From Candidatus Pacebacteria bacterium GW2011_GWA1_46_10 (GTDB lineage Bacteria > Patescibacteriota > Microgenomatia > UBA1400 > PJMF01): a stretch of DNA of 64,000 nucleotides. Below are positions 27,150 through 36,200 of the stretch, in pieces. The stretch lies in assembly GCA_001002135.1 (NCBI GenBank), contig LCLP01000001.1, forward strand, positions 78,108 through 142,107, read 5' to 3'. Numbering within the stretch: position 1 is the stretch's first letter; the number at the start of each line of letters is the position of its first letter. The notes beneath the pieces are model-generated. The model was not told the DNA's origin and did not search any database. It saw only the letters and a list, made by a program, of their open reading frames with translations. The position numbers and the translations under genes were made by a program.

Positions 27150-29147
27150 TTGATTAAAGTAAAGCGGTTTTGTTTTCTTACCGTGCTACAATACAGACTC
27201 AAGCTTATGCCTGGAGATACGCCAAAAACGCCAGAGAAAAAAGTGCCCAGAACTCCTCAACCGCCAATGAATGGTAAACCACCAAAAAAACCGTGGGAAA
27301 TGTTTGGTTTTGAGGTGAATATTAACCTTAATAGATTTTTTAACCGCGGACTCATTTTCTTGGTGATTTTCCTCTTGTTTTTGCCGTATTTACGCTCGCT
27401 GTTGGGGATTGGTGGCACGGAGTATGTGTCCTTAAGTCAGCTGGTGCGTGATGTGCGAGAGGAAAAGGTAGAAACGCTGCAAGTGACGGGCACAGAACTG
27501 CGGGCAGTTTATAAGGATGGGGCTCGCAAATACACCCTGAAGGAAGAAGGCCAAGAAGCCTTATCGATTTTGGATTCGGCCGGCATTGATATCGCGGCGG
27601 TGGACGTCAAGGTTGAAGATGTTTCTTTCGGTCAGTTGTTTTGGGAGCTCATTATCAATTTCTTGCCGATTTTACTGATGCTCTTTTTCTTTATGATGCT
27701 CTTCCGCCAAGCTAGAGGACAACAGGATGGTATTTTAGGCATTGGACGCAGTAAGGCCAGGGTCTTTGTCAAAGGCAAGCAGAATGTGACGTTTAATAAT
27801 GTCGGTGGCATGGATGAGGCTAAACAAGAACTTAAGGAAATAGTCGACTTTTTACGTAATCCCAAGAAATACATTAAGGTTGGTGCTCGCACACCCAAGG
27901 GCGTGTTACTGGTTGGTCCGTCGGGAACAGGCAAAACTTTATTGGCTCGAGCGGTGGCTGGTGAAGCGAGCGTACAGTTCTTATCCATTGCCGGCTCAGA
28001 ATTCATGGAGATGTTGGTTGGTGTTGGTGCCTCACGGGTGCGGGATTTGTTTGAGACCGCTAAAAAACTGGCTCCCTCAATTATCTTTATTGATGAAATC
28101 GACGCCATTGGCCGGGTGCGTGGACAGGGTAGTATGGGCGGCCATGACGAGCGTGAGCAGACTTTAAATCAGATCTTGGTCGAAATGGATGGCTTTACCC
28201 AAAACGATAACGTGATCGTCATGGCCGCCACCAACCGCGGCGACATGCTGGACCCAGCCCTTATTCGCCCTGGTCGGTTTGACCGTCGCGTGATGGTTAG
28301 CCTGCCGGACTTAGAAGAGCGCAAGTATATCTTGAAGATTCATGCCAAGGGGAAACCACTCTCGAAACATTTAACCTGGGAGAAAATCGCTCGCCGCACC
28401 GTTGGGTTTTCCGGGGCTGATTTGGAAAACATGCTCAATGAGGCCGCGATCGCCATTGCCCGCGAAAATCGGGCTGAAATCACTATGGAAGATATCGAAG
28501 AAGCGTCAATGAAAGTGAAATACGGTCCCAGCAAGAAACGCTTGCGCGAAGAGTTTGAGCGAGAAATGACGGCCTATCATGAAGCTGGTCACGCTGTGTT
28601 GGCTCACGTCCTGTCGTTTGCTGATCCGGTACACCGCATCTCGATCGTTTCGCGCGGCCAGGCGCTGGGTTTTACCTTTACGCCGCCGGAAAAAGATCGT
28701 TTGCAAATCTTAAAATCAGAATTACTGGATGATGTGGTGGTGATGATGGGGGGCCGGGCTGCCGAGATGCTCATTTTTAATGAACAGACCGCCGGCGCCA
28801 GTAATGATATTGAACAAGCCACGCGCCTGGCTCGCTCAATGGTGGTGGATTATGGGATGAGTCAGCTGGGGCCAATGAACTTTGGGCCGCAGTATGAGCA
28901 AAGCTACTTACGCATTTGGGGTGAACCTCATAAAATTTCCAGCCAATTACAAGAAAAAGTGGATGACGAGATTCGGGCTATTATCGAAACTGCCCAAACA
29001 AAAGCCGCCACCTTATTGAAGAAGTACCGCAAACAACTTGACGCTGTTTCTCAACGCCTCTTGGAGGTGGAGACGCTTGATGGCGACGAGTTTACCAAAG
29101 TGATGGGTATTCCCAAGGTTAAAAAGAGTGTCAAAAAAGCCAAGTAA
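27150..29147 (+). CDS. ftsH: ATP-dependent zinc metalloprotease FtsH
   Basis: Two TM helices. Walker A GPSGTGKT. Walker [12 protein letters not shown] region. Zinc site HEAGHAV. An alternative start is the ATG at 27207. Confidence 0.9.
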   Translation: MIKVKRFCFLTVLQYRLKLMPGDTPKTPEKKVPRTPQPPMNGKPPKKPWEMFGFEVNINLNRFFNRGLIFLVIFLLFLPYLRSLLGIGGTEYVSLSQLVRDVREEKVETLQVTGTELRAVYKDGARKYTLKEEGQEALSILDSAGIDIAAVDVKVEDVSFGQLFWELIINFLPILLMLFFFMMLFRQARGQQDGILGIGRSKARVFVKGKQNVTFNNVGGMDEAKQELKEIVDFLRNPKKYIKVGARTPKGVLLVGPSGTGKTLLARAVAGEASVQFLSIAGSEFMEMLVGVGASRVRDLFETAKKLAPSIIFIDEIDAIGRVRGQGSMGGHDEREQTLNQILVEMDGFTQNDNVIVMAATNRGDMLDPALIRPGRFDRRVMVSLPDLEERKYILKIHAKGKPLSKHLTWEKIARRTVGFSGADLENMLNEAAIAIARENRAEITMEDIEEASMKVKYGPSKKRLREEFEREMTAYHEAGHAVLAHVLSFADPVHRISIVSRGQALGFTFTPPEKDRLQILKSELLDDVVVMMGGRAAEMLIFNEQTAGASNDIEQATRLARSMVVDYGMSQLGPMNFGPQYEQSYLRIWGEPHKISSQLQEKVDDEIRAIIETAQTKAATLLKKYRKQLDAVSQRLLEVETLDGDEFTKVMGIPKVKKSVKKAK

Positions 29148-29167
29148 CCTGGTATTATGGTGAATGT

Positions 29168-29626
29168 ATGAAGTCGGTCACTGCCCGCCCGCGTAATTTC
29201 CCGTTGGTTCGCCGCTTGCTGCGAGTATTGGTGATGGCCTTGACCGCCATTTTCTTTTTTGGGGCACTGATTGTGCCATTTGAGATCGATGACCCCGACG
29301 CTAAGATTCGTAACTATTTTGATGGTATTTGGTGGGCCTCGACTACGGTTTCAACGGTTGGGTACGGTGACAAAGTCCCGGTCACCCCTGGCGGGAAGAT
29401 AGTTGGCATGTTTTTAGAATTGGTGGGCGCGGCGGTATTTTTTGGTGCTTTAGTTGGCACAATCACGGTTTATTTACACCAAACGCAAACTGAGTTTCGC
29501 TGGAAGCGGCTCCATGAAAAACTGGAGCAGATGGAGAAAGAAAATAAAGCCTTACACAGCAAGGTTGATTTTCTGGTGAAAAATCGTGGTGCTGTCTTGA
29601 AAAAACCACGCCAGGTAGGACTCTAA
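29168..29626 (+). CDS. Two-TM potassium channel (pore-only, no RCK domain)
   Basis: Two TM helices flank a selectivity-filter sequence TTVSTVGYGD. Short cytoplasmic coiled-coil tail. Confidence 0.75.
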   Translation: MKSVTARPRNFPLVRRLLRVLVMALTAIFFFGALIVPFEIDDPDAKIRNYFDGIWWASTTVSTVGYGDKVPVTPGGKIVGMFLELVGAAVFFGALVGTITVYLHQTQTEFRWKRLHEKLEQMEKENKALHSKVDFLVKNRGAVLKKPRQVGL

Positions 29627-29668
29627 CGCGCTGCTTTAGCACTCTTACTGTAGTGTTACAATCCTGTT

Positions 29669-30598
29669 ATGGCTCGCAAGAAGTTCCTGCTGGTGGATGG
29701 TCACGCGTTGATTTATCGCTCATTTTTCGCCTTTCCGCCGCAACTGACCACCAAAACCGGCCAAATGGTCAACGCCGTTTATGGTTTCTCCCGCATTTTA
29801 CTAACGGCCATTCGTACTATTGAACCAACCCACTTGGCGGTGGCCTTTGATCACCCCAAGCCGACCAAGCGCCACAAAGAATTTGCGGACTATAAAGCCC
29901 AGCGGCCGAAAATGCCGGTGGAATTGCGGCCGCAGATAGAGATGGTCAAGCAAGTGGTGGATGCGCTCAACATTCCGCAGTTTGAGGTTGAAGGGTATGA
30001 AGCCGACGACCTGATCGGCACTATTAATAAAAAAGTGGAAAAACTTGACCGCAGTCTATTAACCGTCATCGTCACCGGAGACAAAGACATGTTTCAGTTG
30101 GTTGATGATGATACCCACGTTTATTTGCCTGGCCGTGGCAAGGGCAAAGAGGATACGGAATATGATGAAAACGGAGTTAGAGGAAAGATGGGGGTACGAC
30201 CCAACCAAGTACCGGATCTCAAGGGCTTGATGGGTGACAGTTCTGATAATATTCCCGGTGTGGCCGGTGTTGGTCCAAAAACTGCGTCTGCTTTAATTCA
30301 ACGCTTTGGTTCGCTGGAAGAGGTGTATGACGCGGTTGAAAAGGGTATCGATGACCCGTTGCTCACCCCGCGTTTAGTTGAGAAACTAAAGAAGGACCAT
30401 GACTCAGCCTATGCCAGTAAACAACTAGCCACGATTATGAACGACGCGCCGATCAAATTTAATCTCAAAGACTGTGGCGTTACGCGCTATGACAAAGAGA
30501 AAATTGTGGCATTATTTACGGAACTTGATTTCAAATCACTGATCAACTTATTACCCCACGACTCGTTTGAAACCAGTGTGCAGGAGGCACTCTTTTAA
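29669..30598 (+). CDS. Standalone 5'-3' exonuclease (Pol I N-terminal / FEN-like nuclease)
   Basis: FLLVDGHALIYRSFFA. Acidic cluster VTGDKD. HhH2 motif GDSSDNIPGVAGVGPKTA. Confidence 0.85.
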   Translation: MARKKFLLVDGHALIYRSFFAFPPQLTTKTGQMVNAVYGFSRILLTAIRTIEPTHLAVAFDHPKPTKRHKEFADYKAQRPKMPVELRPQIEMVKQVVDALNIPQFEVEGYEADDLIGTINKKVEKLDRSLLTVIVTGDKDMFQLVDDDTHVYLPGRGKGKEDTEYDENGVRGKMGVRPNQVPDLKGLMGDSSDNIPGVAGVGPKTASALIQRFGSLEEVYDAVEKGIDDPLLTPRLVEKLKKDHDSAYASKQLATIMNDAPIKFNLKDCGVTRYDKEKIVALFTELDFKSLINLLPHDSFETSVQEALF

Positions 30599-31710
30599 TG
30601 AAAGTGGCGCTCGTTCATGACTACTTGCGAGAATTCGGGGGAGCGGAGCGCGTGTTGATGGCACTCCACGAAATGTACCCTGACGCTCCGGTCTACACTG
30701 CTTTTTACGATACAGCCGCGATGGGTATTCATGCCGGTCATTTCAAAGGGTGGGACATTCGTGAAACGTGGTTGGCTCGTGTGCCGCTGATCAAAAAACT
30801 CTATTCGCCGTTGCGTTTTCTGGCGTCCAAAGCCTTCGCCGATCTTGATTTATCGGGATATGATTTAGTGATTTCTTCTAGCAATGCCTACTTTGCCAAG
30901 GCAGTTAAAGTGCCAAATGGAGTTCATATTTGTTATTGCCATACTCCGCCACGAGCTATGTATGGCTATTCAGTAATGGGTGATTGGCGACGCAATCCGA
31001 TTACCCGTTTCGGCGGGACGCTTTTAAATCACTTTTTACGGGTGATTGATGTTAAAGTTTCACGCGAAAATGTCGATGTTTTTATTGCCAATTCAAAGGA
31101 AACTGCTCGCCGGATTAAAAAGTTTTATAAACGCCAATCAATCGTGGTTCACCCGCCAATCGACGTTCCGACGAAATCGAAGTTAAAAAGTGTGGCGGAT
31201 CGTCATTACTATCTTTATGCCAGTCGATTAACACTTTCCAAACACCCAGAACTGGCCGTGACAGCCTGTAATCAATTGGGATTGCCGTTGAAAGTAGTAG
31301 GGTTAGGGAAGATGGACACGACTTTAAAAGAGATTGCTGGTCCGACTATTGAAATGCTCTCTGATGTTTCAGATCAAGAATTAGCCGATCTATACGCTGG
31401 CGCCAAGGCTTTGCTTTATCCGTCTGAAGACGAAGACTTTGGCATGGTGCCAGTGGAGGCGATGGGGTATGGCACACCGGCGATTGCCCACCGCTCGGGT
31501 GGTCCCATAGAAACGATTGTTGAAGGGGAAACGGGGCTCTTTTTTGATGAATTGTCGGTAGAGAGCTTAAAAAAGGCGATCCAAAAATTTCAAGAACAAC
31601 CATTTTCGCCTGAAAAAATCGCTGCTCATGCCGCTCGATTTAACAAACCAGCCTTTAGGCGCGGTATTTCCAAGGTAATTCGAGAGGCTTCATTACTCTC
31701 AAAAAACTGA
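30598..31710 (+). CDS. Glycosyltransferase family 4 (GT-B, retaining)
   Basis: E-x7-E region EDEDFGMVPVEAMGYGTPAIA and GGPIETIVEGETG. The ATG overlaps the upstream stop (TAATG). Confidence 0.8.
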   Translation: MKVALVHDYLREFGGAERVLMALHEMYPDAPVYTAFYDTAAMGIHAGHFKGWDIRETWLARVPLIKKLYSPLRFLASKAFADLDLSGYDLVISSSNAYFAKAVKVPNGVHICYCHTPPRAMYGYSVMGDWRRNPITRFGGTLLNHFLRVIDVKVSRENVDVFIANSKETARRIKKFYKRQSIVVHPPIDVPTKSKLKSVADRHYYLYASRLTLSKHPELAVTACNQLGLPLKVVGLGKMDTTLKEIAGPTIEMLSDVSDQELADLYAGAKALLYPSEDEDFGMVPVEAMGYGTPAIAHRSGGPIETIVEGETGLFFDELSVESLKKAIQKFQEQPFSPEKIAAHAARFNKPAFRRGISKVIREASLLSKN

Positions 31711-31779
31711 TATATCAAAATTGATATATTGAAAATAATATTGATGCTTAATGTAATAAAGTTATACTGTTAAGAAATT

Positions 31780-32028
31780 ATGACAATTAATTCGGGAGAA
31801 AAACTTGGTAGTGGCGGACTTACACAAATTGCTGAAGGGGTTTAGGCCCGGGAAATTTCTGAAGAAGAGAAAAAAGTAAATCCAGAATTAGCTGTAGAGG
31901 TTTTCAACTATATAAGAGAAACAAGTGATTATTTGGCTCAAATGTTTATTGACATGATCTTAAAGGATTTGGACAAGAGAGATCCAGAAAGAGTACAGCG
32001 GATTCGTGAACTACTGCCCAAAGAATAG
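31780..32028 (+). pseudogene. 83-codon reading frame interrupted by a single in-frame TAG at 31843-31845. Either a pseudogene or a non-coding AT-rich spacer.
   Basis: MTINSGEKLGSGGLTQIAEGV*AREISEEEKKVNPELAVEVFNYIRETSDYLAQMFIDMILKDLDKRDPERVQRIRELLPKE is continuous except for one amber codon. The region is AT-rich. Confidence 0.2.
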
Positions 32029-32049
32029 TTTTTTTAATCTCCCTAGCCT

Positions 32050-32083
32050 TGACTTGCTAGCACTCACCAAGTATCATTGCTAA
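32050..32083 (+). promoter_or_regulatory. Sigma70-like promoter TTGACT-17-TATCAT overlapping a CIRCE-like inverted repeat (HrcA operator) upstream of hrcA-grpE-dnaK
   Basis: cTAGCACTC-N9-cAtTGCTAA at 32057-32083 matches CIRCE TTAGCACTC-N9-GAGTGCTAA at 8/9 and 7/9 positions. -35 TTGACT at 32050-32055. -10 TATCAT at 32073-32078. Confidence 0.55.
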
Positions 32084-32089
32084 CAGACT

Positions 32090-32812
32090 ATGATAGATCT
32101 TGTTGCCAGACAGATTCAAATTCTTCGTGCCATCATCGAAGAGTTTATTTCGACCGCTAAACCGGTCGGTTCCGACACCATTGATAAGAAATTTAATATC
32201 GGTGTTTCCCCGGCGACGATCCGCAACGAGATGGTCTACCTGACAAAACAGGGTTATTTACAGAAATCTCATATCAGCGCCGGCCGCATCCCAACACCTC
32301 TCGCCCTTCGGCTTTATGTCAATGAGCTGATGAAAGAGAAAGAGCTGTCGGTAGCAGACGAAGTCAGCGCCAAGGAGAAAATCTGGGAGCATAAAAGTGA
32401 GTTGGACGATCTTTTGCAGGAGGCCACTAAGGCTTTGGCTGAAAAATCACGGGCGATCGGGGTAGCCATGGCCAAAGACCACCACATTTTTTCCGCCGGT
32501 TATGCCAATTTACTCACCATGCCGGAGTTTTTCGATATCCGAGTGACCAGAAACGTCTTAAGTTTAATTGAGGAAGAATCACTCATGCAGCAGGTTTTTG
32601 ATTTAGGCAAAAGTGAGAACCCGGTCCATCTAGTCTATGGCAAGGAATTGGGTAACAAAGACTTGGAACCAGTGAGCATTATTTACACCGAGATCAATAC
32701 TACCGGTCAGGTCTGCAAACTCGGCGTTTTAGGTTCACACCGTTTTGATTATGCCTATATCATTCCAGTCATGAAATATTTTAAGGGGTTAATTGAAGAA
32801 ATTGCCGGTTAG
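32090..32812 (+). CDS. hrcA: Heat-inducible transcription repressor HrcA
   Basis: The N-terminal wHTH region (ILRAIIEEFISTAKPVGSDTI...ATIRNEMVYLTKQGYL) and the length are typical of HrcA. Confidence 0.9.
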   Translation: MIDLVARQIQILRAIIEEFISTAKPVGSDTIDKKFNIGVSPATIRNEMVYLTKQGYLQKSHISAGRIPTPLALRLYVNELMKEKELSVADEVSAKEKIWEHKSELDDLLQEATKALAEKSRAIGVAMAKDHHIFSAGYANLLTMPEFFDIRVTRNVLSLIEEESLMQQVFDLGKSENPVHLVYGKELGNKDLEPVSIIYTEINTTGQVCKLGVLGSHRFDYAYIIPVMKYFKGLIEEIAG

Positions 32813-32838
32813 GGAATTGTTTTTCAAAAAATTTTTGA

Positions 32839-33294
32839 GTGATGTCAAAAAAATCGCCAAAAACCACTCTTTCCATTGAATCGCTCCAACAGCAGATAGC
32901 AGAGTTGGAACAAAAATTCACCCAGACACAAGAAAAAGAGAAGCGAGCGTTGGCTGATTATCAGAATTTGGTGCGGCGCAACCAAGAAGAGCGCCTAAAA
33001 CTGATTCAAATGGCCAACCTTGATTTGATGTTAGCTCTTTTGCAGCCGCTTGGACACCTGGAGCGAGCGGTGGAACAGACGAAGGACAAAGGAGTGGCCA
33101 TGGTGCTTGAGCAGTTCAAGCGTACGTTAAACAGCTTTGGTCTTGAGGAAATTGAGGTCCAGGACCAGCCGTTTGATGTCGAAACCATGGAAGCCGCGCC
33201 GGGGAGCCAGGGGAAAATTGTCAAGCAAGTGATCCATAAGGGGTATCGATTGAACGGACGGGTGATCCAGCACGCCAAAGTGATTCTGGGGTAA
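32839..33294 (+). CDS. grpE: Nucleotide exchange factor GrpE
   Basis: Coiled-coil N-terminus and a C-terminal GrpE core (...VKQVIHKGYRLNGRVIQHAKV). Confidence 0.9.
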   Translation: MMSKKSPKTTLSIESLQQQIAELEQKFTQTQEKEKRALADYQNLVRRNQEERLKLIQMANLDLMLALLQPLGHLERAVEQTKDKGVAMVLEQFKRTLNSFGLEEIEVQDQPFDVETMEAAPGSQGKIVKQVIHKGYRLNGRVIQHAKVILG

Positions 33295-33303
33295 AGAGCT
33301 ATT

Positions 33304-33330
33304 CTAGCAGTCACTTGACTTGTCTGCTAA
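33304..33330 (+). promoter_or_regulatory. Second CIRCE-like inverted repeat immediately upstream of dnaK
   Basis: CTAGCAGTC-acttgactt-GTCTGCTAA. This is an imperfect inverted repeat with a 9-nt spacer containing TTGACT. Each half matches the CIRCE half-site at 7 of 9 positions. Confidence 0.5.
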
Positions 33331-33427
33331 AATAAAAATACGTAGTTTATAGTTAATAGTTCATAGACAGTCGGCTTATTGCTATAAACTTTTAGCTATC
33401 AACTATAAACTGAAGCAAGGAGGCAAT

Positions 33428-35344
33428 ATGGCATCAGGTAAAATTATCGGTATTGACTTAGGGACCACCAACTCGGCGGTGGCCGTGATGGAAGGTGGCT
33501 CGCCAAAAGTCATTCCGACTACCGAAGGGCGTAACCTAATTCCCTCGATTGTGGCTTTCAAAGGTGATGAAGTCTTGGTCGGTGACCCAGCCAAACGTCA
33601 GATGGTGATGAATTCCCAGTCCACCGTTTACTCGGTGAAGCGTTTCATGGGCCGCAAGTTTAAAGATGAAGCGGTTCAGAAAGCAGTCAAGCACATTGCT
33701 TATGAGATTGCCGAGGGCAAGGATGGCATGGCTATCGTCAAGATCGGCGGCAAAATCTATACGCCGCAGGAAATCTCGGCCAAAGTGCTGGCCAAAGCCA
33801 AGGCCGATGCTGAGAGCTACCTTGGTGAAAAAGTAGAGCGAGCGGTGATTACCGTGCCGGCCTATTTTGACGATTCTCAGCGTCAAGCGACTAAACAAGC
33901 GGGGAAAATTGCCGGTTTGACCGTGGAGCGGATTGTCAACGAACCAACTGCCTCAGCGCTGGCGTATGGTCTGGATAAAAAAGGCACCAGCACCATCGCG
34001 GTCTATGACTTGGGTGGTGGGACGTTTGATATTTCTATTCTTGAGATTGGTGATGGCGTTTTTGAAGTGAAGTCAACCAACGGAGACACATTCTTGGGAG
34101 GCGATGACTTTGACAACCGAGTGATCGACTACGTGTTGAGTGAATTCAAAAAAGAACACGGCAAGGACTTAGCCAAAGACCCGCAAGCCATGCAGCGGAT
34201 CAAAGACAGTGCCGAAAAAGCCAAGATTGAGCTCTCGAGCGCTCAACAAACCGAGATTAATCAGCCGTTTATTGCCCAAGGTGATGATGGTCAACCCCTC
34301 CACCTGACGATGACCTTGACCCGAGCCAAGTTGGAAGAGTTGGTTGATGACTACATCAAGGGTTCGTTCGAACCGGTCCGAAAGGCTATGAAAGATGCGA
34401 AACTTGAACCAAAAGATATTCAAGAAGTAGTTTTGGTCGGTGGCCAGACCCGCATGCCCAAGATTCAGGCAGAGGTCAAAAAATTCTTCGGCCGCGAGCC
34501 CCACAAAGGGGTAAATCCGGATGAAGTGGTGGCGGTGGGTGCCGCGATTCAGGCCGGGGTGATTGGCGGCGATGTCTCTGATGTGGTTTTACTTGATGTG
34601 ACGCCGCTGACACTCGGTCTTGAGACGTTGGGTGGCGTACGCACACCCTTGATCGAGCGCAACACGACCATTCCGACCAGCAAGTCGCAGATTTTCTCCA
34701 CCGCGGCTGATAACCAAACCCAAGTGGAGATCAATGTCTTGCAAGGCGAGCGTGAAATGGCCGCCGACAACCGGTCGCTTGGCCGATTTATCTTAGATGG
34801 CATTCCGCCAGCGATGCGCGGCACACCACAGATTGAGGTGACCTTTGACATCGACTCCAATGGTATTCTCAATGTCTCGGCCAAAGACAAAACGACCAAC
34901 AAAGAGCAAAAAATTACCATCCAAAACAGCACCAATCTTTCCGACGAGGAGATCGAGAAGATGAAGGCTGACGCGGAAAAACACGCGGAAGATGATAAAC
35001 AAAAGAAGGAATTGGTTGAGGCGAAAAATCATGCTCATGGGGTCGTTTTTGAGCTGGAAAAACAACTCAAAGACTATGGTGACAAACTTGACGAAAAAGA
35101 TAAAAAAGCGATCGAAGAGAACGTCAAAAAACTGAAAGAATTGGCGGAAAAGTCCGATGTTACCAAAGAGGAGTTAGAAAAAGCGGCTGAGGAAACGTTG
35201 ACCTCCGCTCAGAAGCTGGGTGAGGCAATGCAAAAGGCCAATCAAGCTAAAGCAGAGCCAACCAAGGATGAGGCTAAAGACGACAAAAAATCATCGGGCA
35301 GCGACAAAGATAAAGCCGAAGAGGGCGAGGTCGTCAACGAGTAA
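33428..35344 (+). CDS. dnaK: Molecular chaperone DnaK (Hsp70)
   Basis: Canonical Hsp70 motifs [29 protein letters not shown]-terminal EEVD-like tail. Confidence 0.95.
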   Translation: MASGKIIGIDLGTTNSAVAVMEGGSPKVIPTTEGRNLIPSIVAFKGDEVLVGDPAKRQMVMNSQSTVYSVKRFMGRKFKDEAVQKAVKHIAYEIAEGKDGMAIVKIGGKIYTPQEISAKVLAKAKADAESYLGEKVERAVITVPAYFDDSQRQATKQAGKIAGLTVERIVNEPTASALAYGLDKKGTSTIAVYDLGGGTFDISILEIGDGVFEVKSTNGDTFLGGDDFDNRVIDYVLSEFKKEHGKDLAKDPQAMQRIKDSAEKAKIELSSAQQTEINQPFIAQGDDGQPLHLTMTLTRAKLEELVDDYIKGSFEPVRKAMKDAKLEPKDIQEVVLVGGQTRMPKIQAEVKKFFGREPHKGVNPDEVVAVGAAIQAGVIGGDVSDVVLLDVTPLTLGLETLGGVRTPLIERNTTIPTSKSQIFSTAADNQTQVEINVLQGEREMAADNRSLGRFILDGIPPAMRGTPQIEVTFDIDSNGILNVSAKDKTTNKEQKITIQNSTNLSDEEIEKMKADAEKHAEDDKQKKELVEAKNHAHGVVFELEKQLKDYGDKLDEKDKKAIEENVKKLKELAEKSDVTKEELEKAAEETLTSAQKLGEAMQKANQAKAEPTKDEAKDDKKSSGSDKDKAEEGEVVNE

Positions 35345-35375
35345 ATTGCCCCAGTCAAACTACTAAAAAGACGGT

Positions 35376-36080
35376 ATGATCAACACGATGAAACTGTCAG
35401 TGATCATGCCAGTTTATAACGAAGCCGCCACTGTGGCGGCTATTTTGGAGAAGCTTGCTCGTGTGCCGGTGGTCGACGAGGTGATTGTGGTGAATGACGG
35501 CAGTACTGACGGCACGGAAGAAAAAATTCAAACTTTTCTCAAATCCAAAAAAAAAGGGGTGCGTAAAGTGAAATACTTTGCCAAAAAAAACGGCGGGAAG
35601 GGCTCGGCCGTTCGCCTGGGTTTAACCAAGGTGACCGGTGACTATACCATGATCCAAGATGCGGATTTAGAATACGACCCGGATGATATTCCAGAAATGC
35701 TCAAGCCCCTTAAAAAAGGGAAGGCGGAGGTGATTTACGGTTCTCGGTTTATTGGTCCCCATTCCAACTTGCTTTTCTGGCACCGTTTGGGTAACTCGCT
35801 CTTAAATTTGTCTGTTAACTTGCTCTATGACACTACTTTATCTGATATGGAGACCTGCTATAAACTCTTGCCGACCAAGTTGTGGCGAGCACTGAAAATT
35901 CGCGCCAATAAGTTTGATATAGAGCCAGAAATTACCTGCAAAGTCCTCAAGCGGGGCTACAAGATTTATGAGGTACCAATTACCTATGTTGGCCGCGACT
36001 TCTCTGAGGGGAAGAAGATCACTTGGCGTGATGGGCTGGACGCGTTCCGGGTGATTATTAGTTTACGGCTGGTGCCTTGA
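35376..36080 (+). CDS. GT2 glycosyltransferase (polyprenyl-phosphate sugar synthase, GtrB/CsbB/DPM1-like)
   Basis: LSVIMPVYNEA, VVNDGSTDGT and the DAD motif (IQDADLEYDP). About 230 aa, as expected for a GtrB-like protein. Confidence 0.8.
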   Translation: MINTMKLSVIMPVYNEAATVAAILEKLARVPVVDEVIVVNDGSTDGTEEKIQTFLKSKKKGVRKVKYFAKKNGGKGSAVRLGLTKVTGDYTMIQDADLEYDPDDIPEMLKPLKKGKAEVIYGSRFIGPHSNLLFWHRLGNSLLNLSVNLLYDTTLSDMETCYKLLPTKLWRALKIRANKFDIEPEITCKVLKRGYKIYEVPITYVGRDFSEGKKITWRDGLDAFRVIISLRLVP

Positions 36081-36200
36081 TACGCTTTAAAATAGAGCAA
36101 TTTTGCTATACCGGTTTTTCGATAGTTTCAGTAAAAATGGATATGTAGCAGTAATATGTCAAAAAGTGGGTCTAACAGTTTTGCGATAAAATAGTGTGGT

